Shown: positions 37,151 to 47,356 of the stretch, piece by piece | How positions within the stretch are numbered: position 1 is the first letter of the stretch | How the letters are laid out: the number at the start of each line of letters is the position of its first letter | From: Candidatus Levyibacteriota bacterium | Lineage (GTDB): Bacteria > Patescibacteriota > Microgenomatia > Levybacterales > UBA12049 | Length of the DNA stretch: 64,000 bases | Direction: 5' to 3' | Assembly (NCBI GenBank): GCA_963716145.1 | Contig: OY970292.1 | Coordinates: 405,171 to 469,170, forward strand | Translations under genes and position numbers: made by a program | The notes under the pieces: model-generated | Told to the model about the DNA's origin: nothing | The model's input: only the letters and a program-made list of their open reading frames with translations | Databases searched by the model: none

Positions 37151-38197
37151 ATGGAGCAAGTTAATTTAGGACAAATTGCCAAAAGCTTGGTTGCGCATGG
37201 AAAAGGAATACTTGCAGCTGATGAAAGCAGTACTACATGTCAGAAGCGATTTGACAGTGTAGGAATTGAGTGTACAGAGGAAACCAGACGTGAATACAGA
37301 GGAATACTACTTACAACCCCCGGAGCTGAAGAATACATGAGTGGGGTTATCTTTTATGACGAAACTTTCTGGCAGAAAACCGATGACGGAAAAAGTTTCC
37401 CTGAATATCTCAAATCCAAATCTATAGTTCCCGGAATCAAAGTAGACAAAGGTTTGGTAGACTTCCCCGGTTTTAATGGCGAGAAGCTTACCCAGGGACT
37501 GGACGGTCTACCCGAACAAATGGCGAAATATGATGAAGCAGAAGCCAGATTTGCCAAATGGAGAGCGGTGATTACAATAGGTGAAAAAACCCCGACTGAT
37601 GAAAATATCAACGCAAATGCTTTTGTTCTCGCCCGCTATGCACGTATTTGCCAGGATGCAGGAATTGTGCCAATTGTCGAGCCGGAAGTGCTCTATGACG
37701 GTACGCACAGCATTCAGCAATGCGAAGACGTCATAGCACGGACTTACGATGTACTTTTTAAGACACTTAAATCTCTGCGTGTGGACCTAGCCGGAACAAT
37801 TCTCAAAACAAGCATGGTTCTTCCCGGCAAAAATAGCGGGACAGCAATGGACCACGATGATGTTGCCTCAAGGACTGTAAAAACACTTCATGAACACGTA
37901 CCTGCTGAATTGGGAGGCGTTGTATTCTTGAGCGGTGGCCAAACCAGCAATGATTCGTTTATGAATCTCAATCGTATCGCCAAAAAAGGTCCTCATCCAT
38001 GGGGAGTTACATTCTCTTTCTCACGTGCTATTCAGGACCCGGTCCTCAAACTTTGGGCAAAAGACCGCACTGCCAAAAAAGAAATTCAGGATCTATTTCA
38101 TCATCAGCTTCAGCTTGCGAGCGCTGCGAGTATCGGGGAATTGGATGAAGCACAACTGGGTAACGATAATTTCGTCACTAAGAGTCAGGATTTATAG
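37151..38197 (+). CDS. fba: Fructose-bisphosphate aldolase, class I.
   Basis: GKGILAADESSTTCQKRF ... EETRREYR N-terminal signature of class I FBA. Confidence 0.8.
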   Translation: MEQVNLGQIAKSLVAHGKGILAADESSTTCQKRFDSVGIECTEETRREYRGILLTTPGAEEYMSGVIFYDETFWQKTDDGKSFPEYLKSKSIVPGIKVDKGLVDFPGFNGEKLTQGLDGLPEQMAKYDEAEARFAKWRAVITIGEKTPTDENINANAFVLARYARICQDAGIVPIVEPEVLYDGTHSIQQCEDVIARTYDVLFKTLKSLRVDLAGTILKTSMVLPGKNSGTAMDHDDVASRTVKTLHEHVPAELGGVVFLSGGQTSNDSFMNLNRIAKKGPHPWGVTFSFSRAIQDPVLKLWAKDRTAKKEIQDLFHHQLQLASAASIGELDEAQLGNDNFVTKSQDL

Positions 38198-39168
38198 ACT
38201 TCCTCAATTTGATCCTTTGTCATCAAGCCTGTTTCTGCCCCCACTTGCCCTACAACTGATGCTGCATTCATAGCTCCCCAGCGCATGCACGTCTCCAAAT
38301 CAAATCCGTGGATTGTGGCGCCCAAAAATCCTGATGCAAATGCGTCACCTGCTCCTGTTCTCTCAACTGTTTTTCCCGGAAATAAATCCTGCGCCGTGAA
38401 ATTGCCCTTTTCGTCCAAACAATAAGATCCTTCCTTACCGTTTGTTATGATAACTATTTTTGGTCCCAGTCGCTGTAATTCCAAACATAAATCTTTTATA
38501 TAATGCTCGGAGTTATCAACCTTTTTATTGTAATGATTAAAAAGAATCAACTCCGCTTCATCTTTATTTACAAAAAGAATTTCTGATGCCTGAAGTGCCC
38601 TGCTAATAACCTCTTTTCCTCCATGTAGCTGATGTGTTCCGGGATTGAAGGCTATCTTGCAGTTTTTTTGAGATTTTGCGAACTTAAGAACTTTTTCATA
38701 AGCTTTTTCCCACTCTTCACCAAGGCTGGTTAGATATATATAATCTGCGCCTACTTCTTCAAACTGAAAATCGTGCGGGCGCACAACATCTTCTGAGAAA
38801 ATAGTCCTGTCTCCTTTGAAATTTATAATTACAGAAAAATTTGATTGAGCATTTTTAAGCTGTGTCACCAAAAGCCGCTCAACGTTTTCCTGGGCTAAGT
38901 GATTTCGCATTTTGATTGAGAACTCATCATCCCCTATTTCCGTACAAATTGTCGCCTTCAGTCCCAGGCGGGTCAGCCCGACTGCTACATTGGCAGCGTT
39001 TCCCCCAAGGCAAAAATCATATCTCTCAACATTTATCTTCTCTCCTTGGCGGAAACTCAATTCATGGGTATCAGGATTTTCATGAATTTTGCTACCCACA
39101 TCATGAATCTTCATGAACGCGTCAATCGTCATCTCCCCAATAGTTATAACATCATAATGTCTGGCCAT
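38185..39168 (-). CDS. PfkB-family carbohydrate kinase.
   Basis: GGNAANVAVGLTRLG ... GAGDAFASGFLGA. Confidence 0.8.
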   Translation of the reverse strand: MARHYDVITIGEMTIDAFMKIHDVGSKIHENPDTHELSFRQGEKINVERYDFCLGGNAANVAVGLTRLGLKATICTEIGDDEFSIKMRNHLAQENVERLLVTQLKNAQSNFSVIINFKGDRTIFSEDVVRPHDFQFEEVGADYIYLTSLGEEWEKAYEKVLKFAKSQKNCKIAFNPGTHQLHGGKEVISRALQASEILFVNKDEAELILFNHYNKKVDNSEHYIKDLCLELQRLGPKIVIITNGKEGSYCLDEKGNFTAQDLFPGKTVERTGAGDAFASGFLGATIHGFDLETCMRWGAMNAASVVGQVGAETGLMTKDQIEEVYKS

Positions 39169-39217
39169 ACATCAAGAGTAACACAAAAAAATCCCAAAAG
39201 GCAAAGGTGAAAGTGGT

Positions 39218-39547
39218 TTAGCTTGTTTCGAGTTTTTTGAGGCGTTTATCGTGGTCTATAACTTTTTCATCCAAAACTTTTACATCATGATCAGTAAATA
39301 TCCGGTCTTCTCTTTGCTGTGACAATTCCCCCATCAGCTCATCAAATCTTGTAAAAATGTCGCTTTTGAATTGCACAAATCTTTCTTCAAACTTTCTATC
39401 CAGCTCATCAAATTTCTGGTACATCTCATTCTTAGTTGGATAGTTTTCAAGAGCTTTATGTAAATCTTTTTTAGTTGGGTAATCTAATAGCGCTTCTTTG
39501 AGCTTTGCTTCTGTTACCGGCTCTTTGCCAACAGTTTTTTGTTTCAT
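39218..39547 (-). CDS. Hypothetical coiled-coil protein.
   Basis: ORF with the start at MKQKTVGK. Confidence 0.35.
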   Translation of the reverse strand: MKQKTVGKEPVTEAKLKEALLDYPTKKDLHKALENYPTKNEMYQKFDELDRKFEERFVQFKSDIFTRFDELMGELSQQREDRIFTDHDVKVLDEKVIDHDKRLKKLETS

Positions 39548-39641
39548 GGGAAATAAGTATAGAGAGATAAAAATAAAAATACAATATGACAAACTAGAGC
39601 AAAATTGTAAATTAAAGACTAAACTTTTATAATGGTTAGAC

Positions 39642-40847
39642 ATGAAAAAACTTGGCGGAATTGTTTTAGTTTTAATTATATTAATAACCGCTTTCTGGTT
39701 TTATTTTGCCAAGACTTACCCCTCAACTCCTCCGCTTAAATCTTTTGGCTATTTTTTGGAGCATATTATGAAACCACGTACAAAACTGCAGAAGGAAACG
39801 ATCGGCTTTCTACCCTATTGGCGGATTGATGACAGCAAGTACACGCGTTTGGATTTAATTACAGAAATAAATTACTTCGGTCTGTTTGTAAACGATGATG
39901 GAGACTTTATAAAAATAGTAAATGGTGAAACAAATCCCGGCAAACGCGAGTGGGAAAGCCAGAAAGTAAAAGATCTGATCACCAAAACCCATGTATTCGG
40001 AGCAAAATTCACGCTCACAATCGTCTGCCAAAATGACAATGATATTGAGTCGATTTTGGATGATGAAAATATCCAACGCAAACTTATCACTAATATCGTG
40101 AGTGAGGTTAAATCCCGGAATTTGGACGGGATAAATATCGATTTTGAATATTCAGGCACGCCTGATCCGGAATACCAACAAAAATTTACCGATTTCAGCA
40201 AAAAATTAAAACAAGAATTAAAAAAGCAAAATCCCGATACCCAACTTGAAGTAAGCATAATGCCAAGATCTGCCCGGATCCCTAATATTTTCGATTTTGC
40301 CAAACTCGTACCTATTTACGACTATTTTATCGGCATGTCGTATGACTTTTATGGCAGTTACCCAGAAATCACCGGACCAATTGCTCCTATTACCGGATTT
40401 AAGGAAAATAAATATTTCTTTGATGTTACAACGATGTATGATGATTTGGAAAAATATATTCCCAAAGAAAGTATCGTGATGGGAGTTCCCCACTACGGCT
40501 GGGATTGGGCAGTTGAGGATGGCAAGCAAATTCAAAGCGCTACACTTCCTCAAAATGACCCCAATAGTTACGCTGCGGTAATTTCTTATGCAAGAGCACG
40601 TGAGAATAAAAACTTTAAAAAGTCTCAGTGCAAATTTGATGATTATGCAAAAGAACCATGGTGCTGGTACACTGATCCCAAAACTCAGATTGACCACCAA
40701 GTTTGGTTTGAAGACAATAAATCAATCGGCATAAAGTATGATTTCGCGAATAAACACGATTTTGGAGGTATCGCGATCTGGGTCCTGGGCTATGACAAGG
40801 ATTATCCCGATTTGTGGAATTTAATGAGAAATAAGTTCTCCCGATGA
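39642..40847 (+). CDS. Glycoside hydrolase family 18 protein.
   Basis: LDGINIDFEY (DxxDxDxE). N-terminal transmembrane anchor. Confidence 0.75.
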   Translation: MKKLGGIVLVLIILITAFWFYFAKTYPSTPPLKSFGYFLEHIMKPRTKLQKETIGFLPYWRIDDSKYTRLDLITEINYFGLFVNDDGDFIKIVNGETNPGKREWESQKVKDLITKTHVFGAKFTLTIVCQNDNDIESILDDENIQRKLITNIVSEVKSRNLDGINIDFEYSGTPDPEYQQKFTDFSKKLKQELKKQNPDTQLEVSIMPRSARIPNIFDFAKLVPIYDYFIGMSYDFYGSYPEITGPIAPITGFKENKYFFDVTTMYDDLEKYIPKESIVMGVPHYGWDWAVEDGKQIQSATLPQNDPNSYAAVISYARARENKNFKKSQCKFDDYAKEPWCWYTDPKTQIDHQVWFEDNKSIGIKYDFANKHDFGGIAIWVLGYDKDYPDLWNLMRNKFSR

Positions 40848-40997
40848 GAATTATTTTTTCGATGGAAAATTGGGAGCCTTGTGAGCTGGAACTTTTACTA
40901 AATTGCGCTTAGGCACGAAAAAACTAAGCAAACAGGAAAAGTAAAAATTAATTAATAGTTGTAAATTTCTCATAACATTCACCTCCTTTTTTAAATC

Positions 40998-42164
40998 TTA
41001 TTCATAGTATTGAACAGCAATTGGGGGTTTAAGGCGATAATCAGGTTTTCTCAATTCCTGAAGTTTGCCTGTAAACTCATCGTAGGCGACAATATCTGTT
41101 TCGGCGAGCTGGACTAGATCAATTTCCTGATAGTCAGACAGAGTAAGCCCAACTTGGGCAAATATTTTCTCTCCGAAAGTCCCCCATTGAGGATCTTTAA
41201 ACTTCTGCATGATATTGTTTATGACAAAAGGATGCTCTACCATCGCAACGTATCCAAGCCAATAGGAAATGTACTCCGGATCTTCAAGTCCCTTCCTCCA
41301 GTGTTTCTCTTGAGTAATATTTTGTGTTGGATCCAAATCTTCAGTCGAGTTTTTAATATCTTCCCGCGCTTCAAATCCCGAAAGTTCTTTATCCTGTTTC
41401 ATAGTCTCAAGAATTTCTTTTGCACACAAGCTTTCGCCTTTTAAGCAAAACAAATTTCCAAGCATGACGACGCGATCCAAATGATGACCTGCTGTTAAGA
41501 AACCAAGGCATACATCATTGTTAAGAAGCTCTGGATACTTGTTGATACTAAACGCAAAATTTTCAAGCGTATTGGTAGAGGCATCTTCTATAAAAAGACT
41601 TTCGTCGATGCTTTTTTTGTATTTTTTCTGATAAAGTTCGCCGTAGGTTGAGCGGATAATATCTGCCATCAGCGATGCTTCCGATGGCCATGCATTAAGC
41701 CGCTCAGCGGAAATGCGCTCTCTAGCTTCTTTGGAGATTGTTTTCCCACCAGTTAAAATCACCTGTTTTGCAAACCCTTTATACAATGCAAATCCAGCAG
41801 CTAAGGCGTTCTGTCTTCCCCATTGTTTCATCGCGAACAAGCCGGTTTGCTGCCATTCATGACGTACTTTTTCTTTCTCAAATACTATTTCTTCACGGCT
41901 TAAATCCTTCCTGGCATCTGCCTCATGAAGTTTTGCTAGATACTCAGACCTATGCATCAACCAAAAACTCAATTCAGGAGTGTTAAGCGGATCTTTTTTG
42001 TAGGAAAGCCAAGCCGTTTTCTGCTCGGGCGTTAGTTCATTTTCAAGCAATACTGGTTTTATTGGTCCTTCACCAAATACTATAACGGTATCTACATATG
42101 ATTGTTCTAATTGTGAATTTTTTGGGGCATCTTCCTCTGTTTCTCTTTTTTGGGCAGATAACAT
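40998..42164 (-). CDS. DUF218 (YdcF/SanA-like) domain protein.
   Basis: VILTGGKT ... SEASLMADII ... EDASTNTLENFAFS. Confidence 0.5.
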   Translation of the reverse strand: MLSAQKRETEEDAPKNSQLEQSYVDTVIVFGEGPIKPVLLENELTPEQKTAWLSYKKDPLNTPELSFWLMHRSEYLAKLHEADARKDLSREEIVFEKEKVRHEWQQTGLFAMKQWGRQNALAAGFALYKGFAKQVILTGGKTISKEARERISAERLNAWPSEASLMADIIRSTYGELYQKKYKKSIDESLFIEDASTNTLENFAFSINKYPELLNNDVCLGFLTAGHHLDRVVMLGNLFCLKGESLCAKEILETMKQDKELSGFEAREDIKNSTEDLDPTQNITQEKHWRKGLEDPEYISYWLGYVAMVEHPFVINNIMQKFKDPQWGTFGEKIFAQVGLTLSDYQEIDLVQLAETDIVAYDEFTGKLQELRKPDYRLKPPIAVQYYE

Positions 42165-42279
42165 AAAATGAATAATTAAACCTCCTTATTGAATATTTAC
42201 AGATTTATTACAAATCTATTACATATTTATTAAACCACTATCACTGAGGTCTGTCAAGTTAGAGTACCGACAATTAATT

Positions 42280-43662
42280 ATGCCAAAAGAATTAGCTGCA
42301 GATCTTATCCTTGGAGTCGGTGATTCAGACCTACAAGTCATTGGCGAACGATACACATTAGACGAAGAAAAATCTGAAGAGACAATGTGGCGCTTTTTTG
42401 CCAAGACTTCAAACAAAGTTTATAAAAATACCACCCCTGATGAAGGCATAGACCGCTACCACAAGTGGCAACAGGACATCAAGCGCCTAAAATACTTGGG
42501 GATTAGACATTATCGCACATCAATATCCATGGCGCGAACCATGGACAGGCAGGGACGACCAAACAAAAAGGCGCTAGATTGGTATATACGCTATTTTAAG
42601 GCTCTAAAAGCTGGAGGGATAAATGTTTATGCGACACTTTATCACTGGGAGCTCCCGCAGTACTTAAGTGCGCAAGGCGGATGGACCAATAGGAAAACTG
42701 CTGAAGTTTTCGCGCGCCACGTTGAGATAGCAGTAGAATACTTAAGCCCCTTCGTTGAGGAATTTTTTATCCTGAATGAGCCATGGGCTTCCTCCATGCT
42801 TTCATACCATAAAGGTCTTCATGCACCGGGAGAAAAGAATCTTTCAAGAAGTATACTCGCTGCGCACCATCTCCTGCTTGGACAGGCAATGGCTTATGAA
42901 AAACTTCGCGAATTATCATCTGAAATAAAAATCAGCACAGTCTACAACGTTATTCCGGCTTACCCGCACACTAATACTCCCACGGATATTGCTGCTGCAA
43001 AACTTGCTGATGGCTACGTAAATCGCTGGTTCTTAGATCCCCTATTTTTTGGAGCATACCCAAAAGATATGGTTGAGATGTATGGCGATGCAATGCCTGA
43101 TGTACCAGACGAAGATATGGCAAGGATTAAAATTGGAGGCAAATTGAATGCGCTTGGGATCAATTATTATTTTGGCGATTCGATTACTGCAGACCCAAGC
43201 GCTGAACTCGGATACAAACAAGTGCTCAGAAAAGGTGCAGATTCATTTGGTATAGGATGGCCCGTTACCATACCTCCTGTCTACCCAAGTGGATTATTTG
43301 ACGCGTTGGAACAAACTTACAATAGGTATAAGCATGCAGGATTAAAACGATTATATGTCGCGGAAAATGGATTTGCCGAGAATTCCCCATGGGATGGAAA
43401 AAATGATGTCATCTCCGACCCCAAGCGCATTTCTTACTTTAAAAAACATATTGCTCAGACAATCGATGCGATAAATGCGGGTATCCCAGTTGAGAAATAT
43501 TTTGCCTGGACGATGATAGACAATTATGAATGGGGCTTTGGGTACAAACCGGATGCTAGTTTCGGATTTTTTGGGGTTGATAGAAAAACAATGCGAAGAT
43601 TGCCTAAGCAAAGTGCTTTATGGTATAGAAATTTAAATAAGACTCGGATTCTTGAAGACTAG
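42280..43662 (+). CDS. Glycoside hydrolase family 1 (beta-glucosidase-like).
   Basis: YHWELPQ, LNEPW, YVAENGFAE and TMIDNYEWGFGY. Confidence 0.85.
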   Translation: MPKELAADLILGVGDSDLQVIGERYTLDEEKSEETMWRFFAKTSNKVYKNTTPDEGIDRYHKWQQDIKRLKYLGIRHYRTSISMARTMDRQGRPNKKALDWYIRYFKALKAGGINVYATLYHWELPQYLSAQGGWTNRKTAEVFARHVEIAVEYLSPFVEEFFILNEPWASSMLSYHKGLHAPGEKNLSRSILAAHHLLLGQAMAYEKLRELSSEIKISTVYNVIPAYPHTNTPTDIAAAKLADGYVNRWFLDPLFFGAYPKDMVEMYGDAMPDVPDEDMARIKIGGKLNALGINYYFGDSITADPSAELGYKQVLRKGADSFGIGWPVTIPPVYPSGLFDALEQTYNRYKHAGLKRLYVAENGFAENSPWDGKNDVISDPKRISYFKKHIAQTIDAINAGIPVEKYFAWTMIDNYEWGFGYKPDASFGFFGVDRKTMRRLPKQSALWYRNLNKTRILED

Positions 43663-45095
43663 ATTTTCCTAACCTTTTCTATCAAACTTTTGTTCTTCAG
43701 CAAATCACCCATCATCTTTTCCCCTTGTTCCGTTATATAAATTTCATCTGCATTATTCAATAATCTTTCTAAATTTTCTATCCAATCCTCAAACCACGAA
43801 GAAATGTCTGTAAAGCCATCATATTTTCTCCTTGAAAACACGTACACATTTCTAAAAGAATGCGGCAGAAGTTCTCCTTTTTTTTCTTCCTGAAAATCTT
43901 TTATCTTGCGCGTAAAAACAGATTCCGGAATCCGTTTAAAAACTTCCTGTGTTGTCGGCATTGGAACTACAAAACAGATTGGGTAGATATTTTCATTATT
44001 TTTTAACCAGTTATCTTTTCCCCAAATTTCTTTATTAACCAAAATTGCCAATTTTTTAGGCATCTTTTTAGGAGAATTCTTCTTTTGCGAAAGGCGAAGG
44101 ATCAATTCTGCTGCTTTTTTTGCTCCGAACAATTCTCCATTGTGAATTTCTTTAAGTTGGGTAACGATATCTTTTCTAAATTTTTCGTTAGTAAGTAATT
44201 TTTCTATATAAATTTGAGTTTTGTTTGTTATTTTTTCAGTAATAAATAATGCTCTTTTGAAAATCGGGTCAAGAGCTTTTGGATTTTGCAACACCTGCCC
44301 CGCCTCGCCCAAAACAATAGTTGGTTTATGCAACGCAAGTGACTCAAGAATCTGTAGAAATCCGAATTTCACAAGCACCAAATCAGCTGTATAAAGAAGC
44401 GAAAAATAATCTTCTCCCGAGACTTGCGGGATCAAAATAAGTTTTCCTTTTTTCTTTATTTCTGTCACGCCGGGCTTTGAAACTACTGTATAAAAATCAA
44501 TCTTTTTCTTTTCCAGTTTTTCCGTAACCTGCTCAATCTTTTTAAATACTCCTGCGTGATATCCAGCCCCAAAAATGATCTTTGCATTCTCCGCAATACC
44601 ATACTTTTTATATATCCTTTTCTTTATACCCGGATCAGGCATCATCTCTATTTGCGGGGGTACTATTTTAATTTTGCTAGTCCCTTCATTTGCGAATGCA
44701 GAAATGGAATTTACCAAAACTAAATCAGCGCTTTGAACAAACCTAGCCATTACTGTTTCGCTGAATTGTCCCTTTTTGTATAACTGCTCACAAATGACAA
44801 TTCTCTTCCCCTGCAGGAGAGCTGCCCTATATACACAATATTCAAAAAGCTCGTTTGAGGGAAGATCGGCAAAGATAACTGTTTCTATTCCTTTTGGAAA
44901 AATGATGCTTTGAGGATTGGTAAGTCCGGCGTTTTTTGTTTCAACAGTAAATCCGTAGGATTTTATAAATGCGCTGTCATAAAGATTCCAAAACAAAATA
45001 TCACTCTTCTTAAAATACGCGGCAATCCTGATGACACGCATTTGGACACCTCTCCAACCCGGCTCTCCATAAGTAATAAATAAGTATTTAGGCAT
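43659..45095 (-). CDS. Putative glycosyltransferase (GT-B fold).
   Basis: Long ORF with two Rossmann-like halves. Weak resemblance to the GT28/GT4 families. Confidence 0.4.
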   Translation of the reverse strand: MPKYLFITYGEPGWRGVQMRVIRIAAYFKKSDILFWNLYDSAFIKSYGFTVETKNAGLTNPQSIIFPKGIETVIFADLPSNELFEYCVYRAALLQGKRIVICEQLYKKGQFSETVMARFVQSADLVLVNSISAFANEGTSKIKIVPPQIEMMPDPGIKKRIYKKYGIAENAKIIFGAGYHAGVFKKIEQVTEKLEKKKIDFYTVVSKPGVTEIKKKGKLILIPQVSGEDYFSLLYTADLVLVKFGFLQILESLALHKPTIVLGEAGQVLQNPKALDPIFKRALFITEKITNKTQIYIEKLLTNEKFRKDIVTQLKEIHNGELFGAKKAAELILRLSQKKNSPKKMPKKLAILVNKEIWGKDNWLKNNENIYPICFVVPMPTTQEVFKRIPESVFTRKIKDFQEEKKGELLPHSFRNVYVFSRRKYDGFTDISSWFEDWIENLERLLNNADEIYITEQGEKMMGDLLKNKSLIEKVRKI

Positions 45096-45159
45096 AGGGT
45101 ATTAGTAGGGATTTTCCCGGAATGCGGAAGGGGCTAGAGGCTTCTATCATTAATGTAAT

Positions 45160-46386
45160 TTACGCCGTAAATACTTGCTTGAAGAACGATTCGATTGGCA
45201 AATCGGTCTGCTTGCTCTTTCCGGCAGCCTCATTATAAACCTTTTCAAAACGCCTTGCAATACTGTCCCAGCTAAATTTCTCAACTATGGTTTTGTATGC
45301 TTTCTCCCCTATCTTTGCGCGCAACTTATCATTTTCCAAAAGCGTATTTACCTTCTCTGCGATTTCTTCACTACTACGTACCCGCACTAGATATCCGTTC
45401 ACCTTGTCATTAATTATTGAGACAATTCCTCCTTTTTTTGTAGCAACCACTGGAGTTCTGGCAGCCATTGCTTCAAGAATTGTCAGACCCAAAGGCTCAT
45501 CCCAGGTACTAGGCGCTACATAGACATCGGCCCTCTCATAATATGCATGGTAGAGCTCGTTTTTATTGGAATTTATATAACCTGCCAAAATTACATTGGT
45601 AATTTTTTTCTTCTCAATCTCCTGCTTTATCGTTTCCCTCTCAGGACCATCACCCACAATAAGAACTGTGCCTTTTATTTGTTTTGCCGCACGGACCAGG
45701 TGTATAACTCCTTTTTGCTTGGTCAATCTTCCCGTAAAAAGAACTACCTTCTGATCATCTGTAAAATTGTATAGCTTATTTATAAGCGCAATGTGGTTGG
45801 GATCTTTTTTATAGTGATCAAGGTTGACACCTCCTACAACTACTGTACTCTTGGGCCTTAAGGATTGACCAAACATCCGCAAATACCATTGCTTTGTAAA
45901 TGAGCTGTTGGCTGTAATCATACGGGCGTGCTGATTTGCATCTTTAACAAGCCCCACAAATCTCCTGTCTTTCTCCATGTAATGTAAGTCACTACCATGT
46001 GTGGTGATAATATACGGAATTCCAAATATAGATTTGAGCGTTCGCGCAACACCCGGCAGAAAAGCAGTATGAAATACATGAATGACGTCCGGCTTGAAAT
46101 CAGACGCAGCATGAATCGCAGCCCACAGATAACTACTGTAGATATCCCCTAACTCCTGTCCTGACATTTCAGAGAAGGGTTTAGCACCCGGAAGCTCAGG
46201 ATTCCCTACAAAAACTCCATTCTGAGGAGGGTTAACTTTATAATGAGTAATTCCTGGAAGCTTGTGATCATCTGGTGCCACAATAGCGATTTCATGACCG
46301 TCTTTTAACTTATTGCTGAGTTCTCTTAAGAAGACGCCACTCCCGTTACCAAACAGTGGAAACATGTGTAGAAAAAGTACTTTCAT
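45160..46386 (-). CDS. Glycosyltransferase family 4.
   Basis: VGRLTKQKG ... EPLGLTILEAMAARTPVVATKKGG is the GT4 EX7E region. Confidence 0.85.
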   Translation of the reverse strand: MKVLFLHMFPLFGNGSGVFLRELSNKLKDGHEIAIVAPDDHKLPGITHYKVNPPQNGVFVGNPELPGAKPFSEMSGQELGDIYSSYLWAAIHAASDFKPDVIHVFHTAFLPGVARTLKSIFGIPYIITTHGSDLHYMEKDRRFVGLVKDANQHARMITANSSFTKQWYLRMFGQSLRPKSTVVVGGVNLDHYKKDPNHIALINKLYNFTDDQKVVLFTGRLTKQKGVIHLVRAAKQIKGTVLIVGDGPERETIKQEIEKKKITNVILAGYINSNKNELYHAYYERADVYVAPSTWDEPLGLTILEAMAARTPVVATKKGGIVSIINDKVNGYLVRVRSSEEIAEKVNTLLENDKLRAKIGEKAYKTIVEKFSWDSIARRFEKVYNEAAGKSKQTDLPIESFFKQVFTA

Positions 46387-46463
46387 CTTTAGGGTAATTA
46401 TGATGATATTTATACCGTTTTAGTTGAGCATTGGGTAATAAAAAGGTAAGAAGAAATAGGTGC

Positions 46464-46802
46464 TTAAGGCAGCTGGTTAAGTTGGTTTACTGTATTCAGC
46501 TGACTGGTTATTTGGTTCATCAAGCCCACCGCGAAATAAACCGTAATGCCGACTGAGATAATTGTTAACAGGATTGCAGTTAATCCTACTAGTTTTGCTT
46601 TAGTTCCTTTTTGCATCAAGTATTTAACTCCCGGCCATAAGCCCAAAGGCGGCAAAAAAACGCTTAATAAATAAACCCCGATCTGCTTGCCAATTGTAAT
46701 AGGTAGAGGTTTGGAACGCAATTGAGAACCGCAATTGGGACAGAAATAAAATACGGGAAGGACTTGAAGGTGACATTTTGGGCAGGTTGGATTTGAATCC
46801 AT
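46464..46802 (-). CDS. Zinc-ribbon membrane protein, hypothetical.
   Basis: CPKC...CPNCG followed by transmembrane helices. Confidence 0.45.
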   Translation of the reverse strand: MDSNPTCPKCHLQVLPVFYFCPNCGSQLRSKPLPITIGKQIGVYLLSVFLPPLGLWPGVKYLMQKGTKAKLVGLTAILLTIISVGITVYFAVGLMNQITSQLNTVNQLNQLP

Positions 46803-46903
46803 AAATCAATTGTAGCAGGAAAACTAGAATTATGAATTAAGAGGTGCGAATTAAGATTTGGCTTAAAATAAATATAATACCCTTAATTCTTAACTCTTGC
46901 TTC

Positions 46904-47311
46904 TTACTTCTTTTCGAAATTCAGAGCGCAGGAGTTGATGCAGTAATGCTGATTTGTTGGAGAAGATGAATCATCAAATACATGACCCAGATGTCCTCCA
47001 CATGTCTTGCAGATGACTTCGGTGCGTTGCATACCAAGATCATTGTCTGGTCTTAGCTCAACAGCGTCACTATTGGCAACATCGGCAAAACTTGGCCAGC
47101 CCGAAAGACCCGGCTGGTCTGATTCATATTTGGACTCACTTTTGAAAAGAACCGTTCCGCATGCTGCGCATGTATAATCTCCCGTGTCATTATTGTGGAG
47201 CAATTTACCACTTCCCGGATACTCTGTCCCTTTCTCGCGAAGAACTTTATACTGCTCAGGGCTCAATTTCTTTTTCCAATATTCCTCAGGCTTGTCCTTC
47301 ATACCGCTCAT
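46904..47311 (-). CDS. msrB: Peptide-methionine (R)-S-oxide reductase MsrB.
   Basis: CAACGTVLF ... GWPSF ... RTEVICKTCGGHLGHVF ... YCINS. Confidence 0.9.
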   Translation of the reverse strand: MSGMKDKPEEYWKKKLSPEQYKVLREKGTEYPGSGKLLHNNDTGDYTCAACGTVLFKSESKYESDQPGLSGWPSFADVANSDAVELRPDNDLGMQRTEVICKTCGGHLGHVFDDSSSPTNQHYCINSCALNFEKK

Positions 47312-47356
47312 TGTAGATAATTTTAGCATATTTTGTGCTAGAATATAAAGACTTTT

